DNA of 64,000 nucleotides from Escherichia coli (GTDB taxonomy: Bacteria; Pseudomonadota; Gammaproteobacteria; Enterobacterales; Enterobacteriaceae). Shown one piece after another: positions 45,670-56,349 of the stretch. Under the pieces are notes generated by a model, which worked only from the letters and a program-made list of their open reading frames with translations, had not been told where the DNA came from and searched no databases. A program made the translations under genes and the position numbers. The stretch's first letter is position 1. Each line of letters starts with the position of its first letter. The stretch is from NCBI RefSeq assembly GCF_003334765.1, contig NZ_QOWT01000002.1. One strand, given 5' to 3'.

Positions 45670-48261
45670 TCAGAACGTCCAGACCACACCCGCCTGAGTA
45701 TTCCACGGCGATTCTACCCCTGCGCCATTGCCATAGCTGACTGACAAATGACCGCTTAACGTCGGGGTAAACGATGACCTTATACCAGCCTGATAAACGC
45801 CACTGGTTCCAGCCACATCATTATTAAATTTGCCATCGTCATTAACTTTCACCTGGTTAGAATCGGCGTATTCCTGACGCACGGCCGCTTTCAGCCAGGG
45901 TTCCAGCGTCGTACCGTTTTGCAGGTCCATGTGATAGCTTACCGCCGTTCCCGCTTCAGCGCGTAATATCCGGGTATTTCCCACATCCGCGCGCATGCCG
46001 TTTGATAACGTGTAGTCCTGACCATCTGTGGTAAAGCCGGTAAAGGCCAGATAGGGTCTAACACTCCACAATCCGTCAACCCAACGGAACCCGCTCTCAA
46101 CATGAGCACCCGCGCCGTTACTATTGTAATCGCCAAACGCTGTTGCCCCATTACTCATCTTGCCATGGATGGTGTTGGCAAAACGGTCAACTTTCACCAC
46201 CCCATCAACATAGGCACCGTTCTGATGCTCCCAACCGGCATAAGCCCCCAGGGTATAGCTATCGATATTACCTTTGCCGCCGCGATCAAAACCAATATCA
46301 GAATGAGAGTAACCAAAGATCAAGCCGCGAATTGTACTGCTTTCTTCACGGGAGAAACGGCTATCGATACCGAGCGTCAGGCCCGTCAATGTTTGCTCAA
46401 AACCAGCTCCCGCATCAGTGGTCACGTTGTTGCGGGTGTTAATTGCCGAACTCCACATCGCCGTATCGTAACTAACGCCTTTTACGCTACCAAGACGCTC
46501 ACGCACGGTGTCCAGTTCTGCATCAAATACCAGCGGTTGTGCGGCCGCCATATTCAGCACATCAGTGGTTGAAGGGGTAATTTGCGCGCGATTCTCTGCC
46601 AGACTCCAGCTATGGTTGCCATTATCCAGCAAGGTATATTCATACGTACCGATATCAACAACGCCTCCGGCATTGCCCAACGTAAATGCAGCATCACCGC
46701 CGCCCGTTGTTACCAGTGTAAGGCTATCTCCTGCTGCCGGGCTGGCACCGGTGTCCGTCACGAATATTTTGAAATCACCTGTTGCCTGACCGGTGACGTT
46801 GAGCTGATCGCTCTGATGATTAGCCATATCGGTACGCATATAAAAATTGCCGTTTCCCGACAGGGTATTGGTGGTCAACGTAATGAAATTTTCCGCACTT
46901 GCCGTCACTGATGAACGAGTCACTGGCTCATCCATCATAATCACATTTGCGTCAGACATCGCAAGGTTGGCTAAGTTGAGGAGGGTGTTTTGGTTCGTCG
47001 TAGTGATATCGGCAATGATGGTCCATACGCTATTTTCGAGCGAAACGTCCGCTTTGCTGGTATCCACGGCACCATGCGTTCTAAAAGAAGCGCCCTCAGA
47101 AACCACTACCTTACCCACCAACATTGCGGGTGCATAATTTATTTGCGGCTTCATGACCTCAAGAATGCCATCATTCCCTCTGACTGAAACGTTAACCATT
47201 GTGCCAGCCCAGACGTTAGCGCGGCCATTGTTGATAACCATATTTTCAGAGATGGCTTTTGAGGAATACGTGATACTTCCATTCTGATATGATCGACCGA
47301 GATCATATACCGCATTTGCCTGCACTTTCGTACCAGTATCCTTTCCCAGCGATTGCATAGTGGCATGCTTATCAAGGATAGTATCAATGGCCTGCGTGTC
47401 CTCCATAACAATGAGCCCGGAACCATCATCCAGTTCATAATTTTTTGACACACCATCTTTTATACTAAATTGGCCTTTACTGTTTGGACCACTCACTTCC
47501 AGCGCATTCGTTGAGACAATTAATTTTCCGCCTGCTTTTTTATCAACGCCAGTTACAGTCCCGCCATCCATAACCTCCAGTAAGCCGCCACTATCTACAG
47601 TGGTATTATAAGCGAAGTCATTTTCTTCAACTCGCAAACTTCCGCCGTTTTCCAACAACATATTATTAGCAATACCATTCTTGATATCGAACTGACCGAG
47701 ACGGTTTGTTCCGAATACCTCCATGGCCCGCGTGGTTGTTTTAATAGCACCGCCTGCTTTCTGATCTACCGCAAATGCAAATCCCCCCTCTTTAACCTCC
47801 AGTAGTCCTCCCTTTTCGATAGCGACAAAGACGGCCCCCCCATCTTTTTCAACGATTAAGCGCCCGCCTTTAATCGTGGTATCATTCGCTGCGCCATAAA
47901 CCTGTAGCACACCATTATTGAGCGTAGTCTGGTTTGCCGCGCCACCCATTTGAACAATTTGATAACCGTCATTTAATACTGAGTATTCTGCGGCGCCATT
48001 CATTTCAATGTACTGATACCCTCCGTTAATTTCAGTATTATTACTTACACCAAATTCTTTTATATGCTGTTCTCCGCCAGGATTGATTTTCGTATTATTG
48101 GCGGTCCCATAAACCAGCTGGATATCTTTTTCCAGGACAACACCATCAACTGTCTCACCATACTCAACAGTTGATGCCAATGCTATGGGTGAATATAACG
48201 CTGTAGCCACCAGAACAGATATTGCGGAACGACAAAGAGAAACAGAACCAGATTGATGCAT
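45670..48261 (-). CDS. yejO: Autotransporter (type Va) adhesin-like protein YejO, 863 aa, apparently intact
   Basis: ORF track 863 aa; N-terminal signal peptide, repetitive passenger domain, C-terminal beta-barrel ending ...AGVVWTF; AT-rich upstream region. Confidence 0.85.
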   Translation of the reverse strand: MHQSGSVSLCRSAISVLVATALYSPIALASTVEYGETVDGVVLEKDIQLVYGTANNTKINPGGEQHIKEFGVSNNTEINGGYQYIEMNGAAEYSVLNDGYQIVQMGGAANQTTLNNGVLQVYGAANDTTIKGGRLIVEKDGGAVFVAIEKGGLLEVKEGGFAFAVDQKAGGAIKTTTRAMEVFGTNRLGQFDIKNGIANNMLLENGGSLRVEENDFAYNTTVDSGGLLEVMDGGTVTGVDKKAGGKLIVSTNALEVSGPNSKGQFSIKDGVSKNYELDDGSGLIVMEDTQAIDTILDKHATMQSLGKDTGTKVQANAVYDLGRSYQNGSITYSSKAISENMVINNGRANVWAGTMVNVSVRGNDGILEVMKPQINYAPAMLVGKVVVSEGASFRTHGAVDTSKADVSLENSVWTIIADITTTNQNTLLNLANLAMSDANVIMMDEPVTRSSVTASAENFITLTTNTLSGNGNFYMRTDMANHQSDQLNVTGQATGDFKIFVTDTGASPAAGDSLTLVTTGGGDAAFTLGNAGGVVDIGTYEYTLLDNGNHSWSLAENRAQITPSTTDVLNMAAAQPLVFDAELDTVRERLGSVKGVSYDTAMWSSAINTRNNVTTDAGAGFEQTLTGLTLGIDSRFSREESSTIRGLIFGYSHSDIGFDRGGKGNIDSYTLGAYAGWEHQNGAYVDGVVKVDRFANTIHGKMSNGATAFGDYNSNGAGAHVESGFRWVDGLWSVRPYLAFTGFTTDGQDYTLSNGMRADVGNTRILRAEAGTAVSYHMDLQNGTTLEPWLKAAVRQEYADSNQVKVNDDGKFNNDVAGTSGVYQAGIRSSFTPTLSGHLSVSYGNGAGVESPWNTQAGVVWTF

Positions 48262-48580
48262 TGAGCTTTCATCCTATGAAATTAATTGCTGTTAAAAGCA
48301 TTGGGTACAGAAAATACCCATAGCTCCATACCCGGAGTCAGTTTTTAAAAACTGTTTAAAGAAATGCACAAGTATTGTGATTGATTTTTTAGTTGTTTTT
48401 CTTGATGAGAAGCTGATGCAAAATTCCGTCTTTATAATGAAAATGATGCCAAAGCGAACGACAAGGTTGTAGTTTTCACTACATGTCCATACATAAAATG
48501 GGGTAACATTCACGCGCCTGGTAGCGTTACCAACGCTACGCTCAAACATAATGATTCTAATAAAACCTCAGGAGACTACT

Positions 48581-49228
48581 ATGCCTGAAGCAACGCCTTT
48601 TCAGGTGATGATTGTGGATGATCATCCACTTATGCGACGCGGTGTTCGTCAGTTACTGGAGCTTGATCCTGGCTTTGAAGTGGTCGCCGAAGCGGGCGAC
48701 GGCGCGAGCGCTATCGATCTGGCGAATAGACTGGATATCGACGTGATCTTGCTGGATCTCAATATGAAAGGTATGAGTGGCCTGGATACTCTCAATGCCT
48801 TGCGCAGGGATGGCGTTACCGCGCAAATTATTATCCTGACCGTATCCGATGCCTCCAGCGATGTCTTTGCGCTGATAGACGCAGGCGCAGACGGTTATCT
48901 GTTGAAAGACAGCGACCCGGAAGTATTGCTGGAAGCGATTCGTGCCGGAGCGAAAGGCAGCAAAGTCTTTAGCGAACGCGTCAATCAGTACTTACGTGAA
49001 CGTGAAATGTTTGGCGCGGAAGAAGATCCCTTCAGCGTGCTGACGGAGCGCGAGCTGGATGTTCTGCACGAGCTGGCACAGGGGCTGTCAAATAAACAGA
49101 TTGCCTCGGTGTTGAATATTTCCGAGCAGACAGTAAAAGTACATATTCGCAATCTGCTGCGTAAACTCAATGTCCGCTCACGCGTGGCGGCCACCATTCT
49201 GTTCCTGCAACAACGCGGGGCACAATAA
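48581..49228 (+). CDS. narP: Nitrate/nitrite response regulator NarP (NarL/FixJ family), 215 aa; track ORF begins 10 codons upstream
   Basis: Receiver domain (MIVDDHPLMRRG) plus LuxR-type HTH; RBS aggag 7 nt upstream of the ATG at 48581. Confidence 0.93.
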   Translation: MPEATPFQVMIVDDHPLMRRGVRQLLELDPGFEVVAEAGDGASAIDLANRLDIDVILLDLNMKGMSGLDTLNALRRDGVTAQIIILTVSDASSDVFALIDAGADGYLLKDSDPEVLLEAIRAGAKGSKVFSERVNQYLREREMFGAEEDPFSVLTERELDVLHELAQGLSNKQIASVLNISEQTVKVHIRNLLRKLNVRSRVAATILFLQQRGAQ

Positions 49229-49232
49229 AAAT

Positions 49233-49257
49233 AGCCCGATGGATTTATCATCGGGCT
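49233..49257. terminator. Hairpin (GCCCGATG..CATCGGGC) just after the narP stop; T-run on the minus strand, so likely the distal terminator of the nap-ccm transcript
   Basis: Inverted repeat seen in sequence; paired with a similar hairpin at 49410-49441. Confidence 0.5.
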
Positions 49258-49280
49258 GAGATTTATGACAAACGCAAAAC

Positions 49281-49380
49281 TGCCTGATGCGCTACGCTTA
49301 TCAGGCCTACGTGGATCGATCAATTTATTGAATTTACACAATTTTGTAGGCCGGATAAGGCGTTCACGCCGCATCCGACA
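49281..49380. repeat. REP pair (BIME) between convergent narP and ccmH
   Basis: tgcctgatgcgctacgcttatcaggcctac and gtaggccggataaggcgttcacgccgcatccgaca. Confidence 0.85.
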
Positions 49381-49409
49381 TAAACTAAGCGCACTTTGTC
49401 AACAGTCTA

Positions 49410-49441
49410 GCCCGATGGCATCACCATCGGGCCTCTTTTTA
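49410..49441 (+). terminator. Hairpin GCCCGATGG..CCATCGGGC followed by CTCTTTTTATTT on the plus strand; likely narP terminator, overlapping the ccmH stop
   Basis: Seen in sequence. Confidence 0.6.
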
Positions 49442-50491
49442 TTTACTCTCCTGCGGCGACAAATGTTGCATCGCCTGCGCGATACTACGTTCAATCACCG
49501 CACGGCGAGTATCGTTGGCAGGTAAGAGTTTCAACATCATCTCCCACGCGGCAACGGCTTCGCCAAATCGCTGCTGCTCAAAGGCATTAAACGCATACAT
49601 GCTTAGCACACGGATATTGCTATGGTCCGTTCTCACCAGCTGACGTAGCAGTTCACCGCCGAGGCGGTTGTCGTTGGGATCAGATGAACGAGTCAACGCT
49701 TCAGCGTATCCCAGTGCAGCATCACTGTTTTTCGGATCGAGGCGATACGCAGTGGCGTATGCATCGGTGGCGATACTGGCGTTACCCAGCGCCATGCCAA
49801 CGCGGCCCAACATAATCCAGCCTTCTATATCTCCCGGATTTTTTTGCAGTTGAGTACGCATCCCCAGCGCAAGACGCGACATCTCTTCTTCGTTGAGCGG
49901 ATCGGCTTTCGGATCCAGCGCCCTGTCCAGCAACGCCGGAGCCTGTGCCGTGGCCTGCTGCCAGATTTTCACCTGCTGATAATTGCCAGTCTGGTAGTAG
50001 CTGACGCCAGCCACAATTAACGCCACCACAATACCCGGCAGATAAACAACATATCCGGCACGCTTACCTTCCGGCACGCTTTGTTCAGGAAACGCTTCCG
50101 GCACCACGCGTACCCGACGCCGCGAGCGGGCGTATATGACCCAACCGCCAATGCCAATAGCCACTACTGGCAGCACCCACAGCAGCACGGTCAGCGGCGT
50201 TAACGGCGGATCGTAAGTGACGAAGTTGCCGTAACGCGCCACCATATAATCGACAATCTCTTTTTTACTTTTACCTTCCTGCATCAGTTCATACACTTTC
50301 TGACGCAGGTCGGTGGCAATCATCGAGTTGGAATCGGCAATGCTGTTGTTCTGGCATTTCGGGCAGCGCAGTTCTTCAGTGAGCTGACGGAACTGTTGTT
50401 CCTGTGCTTCATCTTTAAACTGCAACACATCGATGGTCGCCAGCGCTGAGCCGGAGATCATCAGCATCAGCACGCCCAATAAAAACCTCAT
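49439..50491 (-). CDS. ccmH: Cytochrome c maturation protein CcmH (thiol-disulfide / TPR-like), 350 aa
   Basis: ORF track 350 aa; LRCPKCQNNSIADS motif. Confidence 0.93.
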   Translation of the reverse strand: MRFLLGVLMLMISGSALATIDVLQFKDEAQEQQFRQLTEELRCPKCQNNSIADSNSMIATDLRQKVYELMQEGKSKKEIVDYMVARYGNFVTYDPPLTPLTVLLWVLPVVAIGIGGWVIYARSRRRVRVVPEAFPEQSVPEGKRAGYVVYLPGIVVALIVAGVSYYQTGNYQQVKIWQQATAQAPALLDRALDPKADPLNEEEMSRLALGMRTQLQKNPGDIEGWIMLGRVGMALGNASIATDAYATAYRLDPKNSDAALGYAEALTRSSDPNDNRLGGELLRQLVRTDHSNIRVLSMYAFNAFEQQRFGEAVAAWEMMLKLLPANDTRRAVIERSIAQAMQHLSPQESK

Positions 50492-51045
50492 TGTGCGGCC
50501 TCCTTACTGTATTTCTCCCACAGCGGCTTGATCTCTTCTTCCCAGACGCGAGGATTCAGATCGCCCGCATGGCGATAGCGAATGATGCCGTTGCCGTCAA
50601 TAAGAAACGTTTCTGGCGCGCCATAGACACCGAGATCCAGCCCTAACATGCCATCGCCATCAAACAGGCTTAGCGCGTAAGGATTGCCCAGCTCTTTCAG
50701 CCAGCTGATTGCCTTCTGGCGATCGTCTTTATAGTTCATGCCGACCACGCGGATGCCCTGCGCAGAAAGCTGATTCAGATATTGATGTTCCGCACGGCAG
50801 GTCGGACACCAGGTCGCCCAGACGTTAAGCAGTACTGGTTTGCCCTGAGTCAGCACATCCGCCTGATAAAACTGCCCCGGATTGTCCAGTGATTCGAGAC
50901 GAAACTTCGGCACAGGCTTGCCAATGAGCGCCGATTCCAGATTGGTCGGATCATCCCCTTCGGCATTACGCGCCAGCTGCCACAGCAGCGCCGCGGCAAT
51001 CGCCAGGAAGATAATCAACGGAATTAACAATACTTTGCGCTTCAT
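50488..51045 (-). CDS. ccmG: Thiol:disulfide interchange protein CcmG/DsbE, 185 aa
   Basis: ORF track 185 aa; thioredoxin WCPTC motif. Confidence 0.94.
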   Translation of the reverse strand: MKRKVLLIPLIIFLAIAAALLWQLARNAEGDDPTNLESALIGKPVPKFRLESLDNPGQFYQADVLTQGKPVLLNVWATWCPTCRAEHQYLNQLSAQGIRVVGMNYKDDRQKAISWLKELGNPYALSLFDGDGMLGLDLGVYGAPETFLIDGNGIIRYRHAGDLNPRVWEEEIKPLWEKYSKEAAQ

Positions 51046-52985
51046 ACGGCCTCCGGCGCAGTTTTTTGCGGACTCACGCGCTTACGATAGCGAGGATCAA
51101 ACAGACACAGCAGTCCGCCCAACGCCATCATCAGCCCGCCCGCCCAAATCCAGCGAACAAATGGTTTGTAGTAAAGACGCACGGCCCACGCGCCGTTTTC
51201 CAGCTCTTCACCGAGGGCCGCGTACAGGTCACGCGTGATGCCGCCGTCAATTGCCGCTTCGGTCATCATCGACCCGGCAGTGTTGTAATAACGTTTTTCC
51301 GCATACAGCACCGTTTCCGGCTTGCCATCGCGCGTTACGCCGATAGTCGCCACACCGCCACGCCAGTTCGGGCCAGTCACCTCTTTGACATCACGGAAGG
51401 TGAAGCGATATTCATGAATATCGACGCTATCGCCGGACTTCATGCGCACATCACGCTCAACGCTATAGTTCTGGCTAAAGGCAATGCCAACAATTGTCAC
51501 TGCCAGCCCAAGGTGAGCCGCCACCATCCCCCAATAACTGAAGGTGGTTTTCGTGCCGCGTGAAATACGTAGCGCAGCTTCCGCAATTGCCAGCACCGCA
51601 ATCCAGCAGGCCATTGCCAGGCCGAGCACCGTCATCGCCACAACTTTGCTTTCGAACAGCCACGGCAACAGCAGCGACAGCACCAGCGTAGAGATGAAGG
51701 CGATAATCAATAAATTGCGGATCTTACGCGGGCGATCCCGCCCCCAGCGCACCAGAGGACCGACACCAAGCAGTAGCGCAAACGGCACCATCAGCCAGGT
51801 AAACATGGTGTTGAAGAACGGTTCGCCAATCGAAATACTGCCCAGTCCCAGTTGCTTATGCACCAACGGCAGCAGCGTCCCCAGCAACACCACCAGCATC
51901 GCAGCGACCAGCAAAACATTGTTCGCTAACAGCAAAGATTCCCGCGACCACAGCGCATTGTTTACGCGTGAGCGAACTTTGTGTCCACGCGCGGCAAACA
52001 GCAGCAGCGAACCGCCAATCACCAGCACCATAAAGGCGAGGATAAACATACCGCGCGCCGGATCAGACGCAAACGCGTGTACCGATACCAGCACGCCGGA
52101 ACGCACGAGGAAAGTCCCCAACAGACACAACGAGAAGGCACTGATTGCCAGCAGTAATGTCCACGCTTTGAAGCTGGCGCGTTGTTCAGTGACCGCCAGT
52201 GAGTGCATCAGCGCAGTCCCCACCAGCCACGGCATAAACGAGGCGTTTTCTACCGGATCCCAGAACCACCAGCCACCCCAGCCGAGTTCGTAATAGGCCC
52301 ATGCGGAACCGAGCACGATGCCGAGCGTCAGGAAGATCCACGCTGCCAGCGTCCACGGACGAGTAAAACGCGCATAAGTGCTGTCCAGACGCCCGCTCAG
52401 CAAAGAAGCAATGGCAAAAGCAAACGCCACCGAGAAACCCACGTACCCCATATAAAGCAGAGGCGGATGGAAGATCAGCCCCGGATCCTGCAATAGCGGG
52501 TTAAGATCGCGACCTTCAATCGGGAAGTTCGGCAACGTGCGAGAGAACGGGTTAGAGGTAAAGAGAATGAACAGCAAAAAGCCGACACTGACCATCCCCA
52601 TTATCGCCAGTACACGGGCCACAATATCCAGCGGAATACGCTGACTAAAAATCGCCACCGCAAAGGTCCAGCCGCTCATCAGCAGCACCCACAGCAGTAG
52701 CGAGCCTTCATGCGCGCCCCAGGTAGCCGCCACGCGATACCACACCGGAAGCTGGGTATTGGAGTTGCTGGCAACATAGGTGACGGTGAAGTCGTTGACC
52801 ACGAAAGCATTGACCAGCACCAGAAATGCGCCAGCCACAGACATAAACAGCAGCCAGGCAAACAAGCGGGAAGACGCCATCATGCGCGCATCTCCGCGCG
52901 CCACGCCCCATAGCGGATACACGGACAGCAGCAGCGCAATTCCCAGCGCCAGGCACAGCAGTCCGTTACCAATTTCTGGCATCAT
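51042..52985 (-). CDS. ccmF: Cytochrome c heme lyase subunit CcmF, 647 aa
   Basis: ORF track 647 aa; polytopic membrane protein. Confidence 0.94.
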
Positions 52986-53461
52986 GATGCTGGGTCCTTA
53001 TAAACACTCGCCGGGCGACGGTGGTTAGCTTCCATCGCTTTCTCAACTTCTGGCGGCGTATAGTTTTCATCGTGTTTCGCCAGCACTTCTTTCGCGAGGA
53101 TATGATTGCCTTTTTCCAGTTCGCCCTGCACCACAACGCCCTGCCCTTCACGGAACAGATCCGGCAAAATGCCTTCGTAAGAGACATCCACTGAGCCTTC
53201 AGCATCGTAAATGGTGAAGGTCACTTTCAGCGAATTGGGATCGCGCTGCACACTACCCGGCATCACCATCCCGCCAACGCGCAGACGCTGACCGACTTCC
53301 GGCATTTGCTGAGTTTCACGCTTGCCGTAGAGAATTTCCCCCGGCGTATAAAAGAGATCGATATTCGAGCGCAGCGCATATAGCACCAGACCGATAGTCA
53401 GCGCCAGCCCTGCCAACACGGCACAGGCAATCCACAAGCGGTTTTTACGGCGAATATTCAT
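52982..53461 (-). CDS. ccmE: Heme chaperone CcmE, 159 aa
   Basis: ORF track 159 aa. Confidence 0.94.
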
Positions 53462-53667
53462 GCAGCCTCCTGCTGTTGCGCAGCACGTAAACGCGCCTCA
53501 CGCGCCCGCTGTTGCGCCACGCCACGCAGAATTGCGCGATGTTGCATCACCGAGTGCACGACCAAAACCACCAGCGGAATAACGGTCATCACCACCGCCA
53601 GCCAGACAAAAAAGGCGTAACCGCCCATTGCGAAAAATTCATTCCAGGAAGCAAATGCAGGGGTCAT
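53458..53667 (-). CDS. ccmD: Heme exporter protein CcmD, 69 aa
   Basis: ORF track 69 aa; 4-nt overlaps on both sides. Confidence 0.9.
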
Positions 53668-54401
53668 TTACGGCCTCTTTTCAGTATCAGTTCACTCACC
53701 CACGGACGGCGTTTTTCCATCAGCAAAATCAAATTACGCATCCGCATCAGCGTCAGCGTGGCAGACAGGAGCAGGAAGCCAAAAATCGACCAGCGCAGCG
53801 GCGAACGCATCGCCGGATCGATACTTTGCTGCATCCGCGTTGATCCCTGATGCAGGGTGTTCCACCACTCCACGGAGTAATGAATAATCGGCAGATTCAC
53901 CACGCCAATCAGCACCAGGATACCTGCCGCACGGCCCGCCAGACGGCGGTCGTCGAAGGCGTGCCACAGGGCAATCACACCCACATACAAAAACAGCAGC
54001 ACCAGTTCAGAAGTCAGACGTGCATCCCATACCCACCAGGTGCCCCACATCGGTTTTCCCCATGCAGAGCCGGTAACCAGGGCAATAAAGGTAAACACGG
54101 CACCAATGGGGGCCATCGCCGCCACCGCCAGGTTGGCCATTTTCATCTGCCAGACAAGGCCAATAAACGCTGCCACTGCCATTGATGCATAAATGCCCAT
54201 CGACCAGATCGCCGCAGGCACATGCAGGTAGATAATGCGGTAGCTATTTCCCTGCTGATAATCAGCCGGAGCAAAGCCGAATCCCCAGATCCAGCCGACG
54301 GTAAGCACGACCACACTGGCAATTGCCAGCCACGGTATAAACCAGCCACAGATTTGATACAGCCGTGGTGGGATCGCCAGTTGATGCAGTGTTTTCCACA
54401 T
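53664..54401 (-). CDS. ccmC: Heme exporter protein CcmC, 245 aa from MWKTLHQLAIPPR...; track ORF extends 8 codons upstream
   Basis: WGxxWxWD tryptophan-rich motif (WGTWWVWDARL). Confidence 0.92.
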   Translation of the reverse strand: MWKTLHQLAIPPRLYQICGWFIPWLAIASVVVLTVGWIWGFGFAPADYQQGNSYRIIYLHVPAAIWSMGIYASMAVAAFIGLVWQMKMANLAVAAMAPIGAVFTFIALVTGSAWGKPMWGTWWVWDARLTSELVLLFLYVGVIALWHAFDDRRLAGRAAGILVLIGVVNLPIIHYSVEWWNTLHQGSTRMQQSIDPAMRSPLRWSIFGFLLLSATLTLMRMRNLILLMEKRRPWVSELILKRGRK

Positions 54402-54442
54402 AGTTTCGATACCAGACTCGAACAAAAATCAGTAATCCAGCG

Positions 54443-55105
54443 TTATTGAATGCTGATTCGTAACGCTGCCGCCGTCGCAAAAGGACTTAATGTCGCGGTG
54501 CCTGCCAGCAACGCGCCTAAAATTGCCAGATACCCGTCAACGGGCAAATGCATAGAAGCCGCGTCCATCGCGGCGGTGGCAAAGATGAGTAATGGGATAG
54601 TCAGCGGTAACACCAGTATGCTGAGCAGCACACCACCGCGCTTAAGTCCCACTGTCAGCGCCACGCCCGGTGCACCGAGAAAGCCAAGCGTAGGCGTTCC
54701 CAGCAGCAGCGTCAGCGCCATCACTTGCCAGCCATAAACATCCATTCCCAGTAGCATTGCTACCAGTGGCGAAAGGATGAGTAACGGCAGACCGGTTACC
54801 ATCCAGTGCGCCATCACCTTCGCCAGCACAACGGCGGGCAAGGGTAACGGCAACAACATCAATTGTTCAAGACTGCCGTCCTGCAAATCGTCACGGAACA
54901 GTCGTTCCAGCGCCAGCAAGGATGAAAGCAGCGCAGCAACCCAGATAATGCCCGGTGCAATACGCGCCAGCAGTTGCGGCTCCGGACCGATACTGAGCGG
55001 AAAAAGGGTAATTACAATCAGGAAGAACCACAGCGGGTTGGCGATTTCGGCGCTATGGCGAAACGCTACACGCAGCTCAAGACGGAAAATGCGCCAGAAC
55101 ATCAT
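54443..55105 (-). CDS. ccmB: Heme exporter permease CcmB, 220 aa
   Basis: ORF track 220 aa. Confidence 0.93.
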
Positions 55106-55725
55106 GCGGCCCTCGTTTGCGTCAGTGAAATGCGGCGAATTTTACTTTCAGCAACGTTGAGCGGCTGGTGGGTAGTCAGAATCACAATCCCCCCCTGCTC
55201 CGTATGCTGCGCCATACGCTGGGTCAGACGATCGACACCGTTAACGTCAATCGCGGTAAAAGGCTCGTCGAGGATCCATAACGTGGCACGGGTCAGCCAC
55301 AGACGCGCTAAAGCGACGCGGCGTTGTTGCCCGGCCGAGAGCTGATTTACAGGAATATCTTCGAATCCGGCAAGCCCGGCCTGCGCCAGGGCTTCCAGAC
55401 ATTGTGCGGTATCGCCATCGCGATGATAAAAGTGCAGATTTTCTAACGCCGTCAGCCGGGTTTTGATCCCCGGCTGATGGCCTATCCATAACAGGTTTTG
55501 ATGGTAGCTGTCGCGTACCTGATGCAAGGGCTGCCCTTGCCAGAGAACCTCGCCTGCGTCAGGGCGAGACAACCCCGTCAGCAAACGGAGAAGCGTTGTC
55601 TTCCCCGCGCCGTTGCTACCGGTGATTTGTACCCACTCTCCTGCGTTCAGCGTAAATGACAAGCCACTAAATAAGGTTCGTTCATCCCGCTCACAAAGTA
55701 ACTCTCTGGCTTCAAGCATACCCAC
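55102..55725 (-). CDS. ccmA: Heme exporter ATPase CcmA, 207 aa
   Basis: ORF track 207 aa; Walker [10 protein letters not shown]. Confidence 0.93.
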   Translation of the reverse strand: MGMLEARELLCERDERTLFSGLSFTLNAGEWVQITGSNGAGKTTLLRLLTGLSRPDAGEVLWQGQPLHQVRDSYHQNLLWIGHQPGIKTRLTALENLHFYHRDGDTAQCLEALAQAGLAGFEDIPVNQLSAGQQRRVALARLWLTRATLWILDEPFTAIDVNGVDRLTQRMAQHTEQGGIVILTTHQPLNVAESKIRRISLTQTRAA

Positions 55726-55737
55726 GCAATAACCCTG

Positions 55738-56340
55738 TTAAAAACCTGGCTCGACTTCACGCATATCGGGCAGCTTGTGCGCTATCCCTTTATGGCAATC
55801 AATACAGGTTTGCCCATCTTTCACCGCCTGGTCATGCATCTTCGCGGCAACCGATTTCTGGGCGGTTGTATCCATATACTCGAAGTTGTGACAGTTACGG
55901 CACTCCTGCGAGTTATTGTCCTTCATGCGCCGCCACTCATTCTGTGCCATCGTCAGACGATGAGCTTCAAATTTCTGCGGCGTGTCAATAACGCCAAAAA
56001 TTTTACCATACAGCTCTTTACTTGCTTTGAGCTTGCGTATCATCTTCGGCACAAACTCGTGCGGAACGTGACAATCCGGACAGGTCGCACGGACGCCGCT
56101 ACGGTTGTTGTAGTGCACGGAATCCATGTATTCCTGATACACCGTGTTGCGCATTTCGTGGCAGCTAATGCAGAACTCTTCGGTATTGGCTTTTTCCATC
56201 CCGGTGTTAAAGCCACCCCAGAAGACGATGCCGCCAACAAAACCGATCAACAGCAGCGTCCCCAGCGCCAGACGGCTGGGGGTACGCCACCATTTCCACA
56301 GGCGCTTAATCAGACCAGGCTTACGGTCAGAATTTCCCAT
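55738..56340 (-). CDS. napC: Membrane-anchored tetraheme cytochrome c NapC, 200 aa
   Basis: ORF track 200 aa; four CxxCH motifs. Confidence 0.94.
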   Translation of the reverse strand: MGNSDRKPGLIKRLWKWWRTPSRLALGTLLLIGFVGGIVFWGGFNTGMEKANTEEFCISCHEMRNTVYQEYMDSVHYNNRSGVRATCPDCHVPHEFVPKMIRKLKASKELYGKIFGVIDTPQKFEAHRLTMAQNEWRRMKDNNSQECRNCHNFEYMDTTAQKSVAAKMHDQAVKDGQTCIDCHKGIAHKLPDMREVEPGF

Positions 56341-56349
56341 AATAACCTC

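Noticed and set aside
48511-48529. 8-bp perfect inverted repeat gtagcgtt-acca-aacgctac 52-70 bp upstream of narP, and a TACCCAT heptamer at 48316-48322, considered as NarL/NarP autoregulatory sites
   Set aside because: Short palindromes of this size occur by chance in AT-rich spacers; a single heptamer without a partner is not a credible NarP site. Not reported as a feature.
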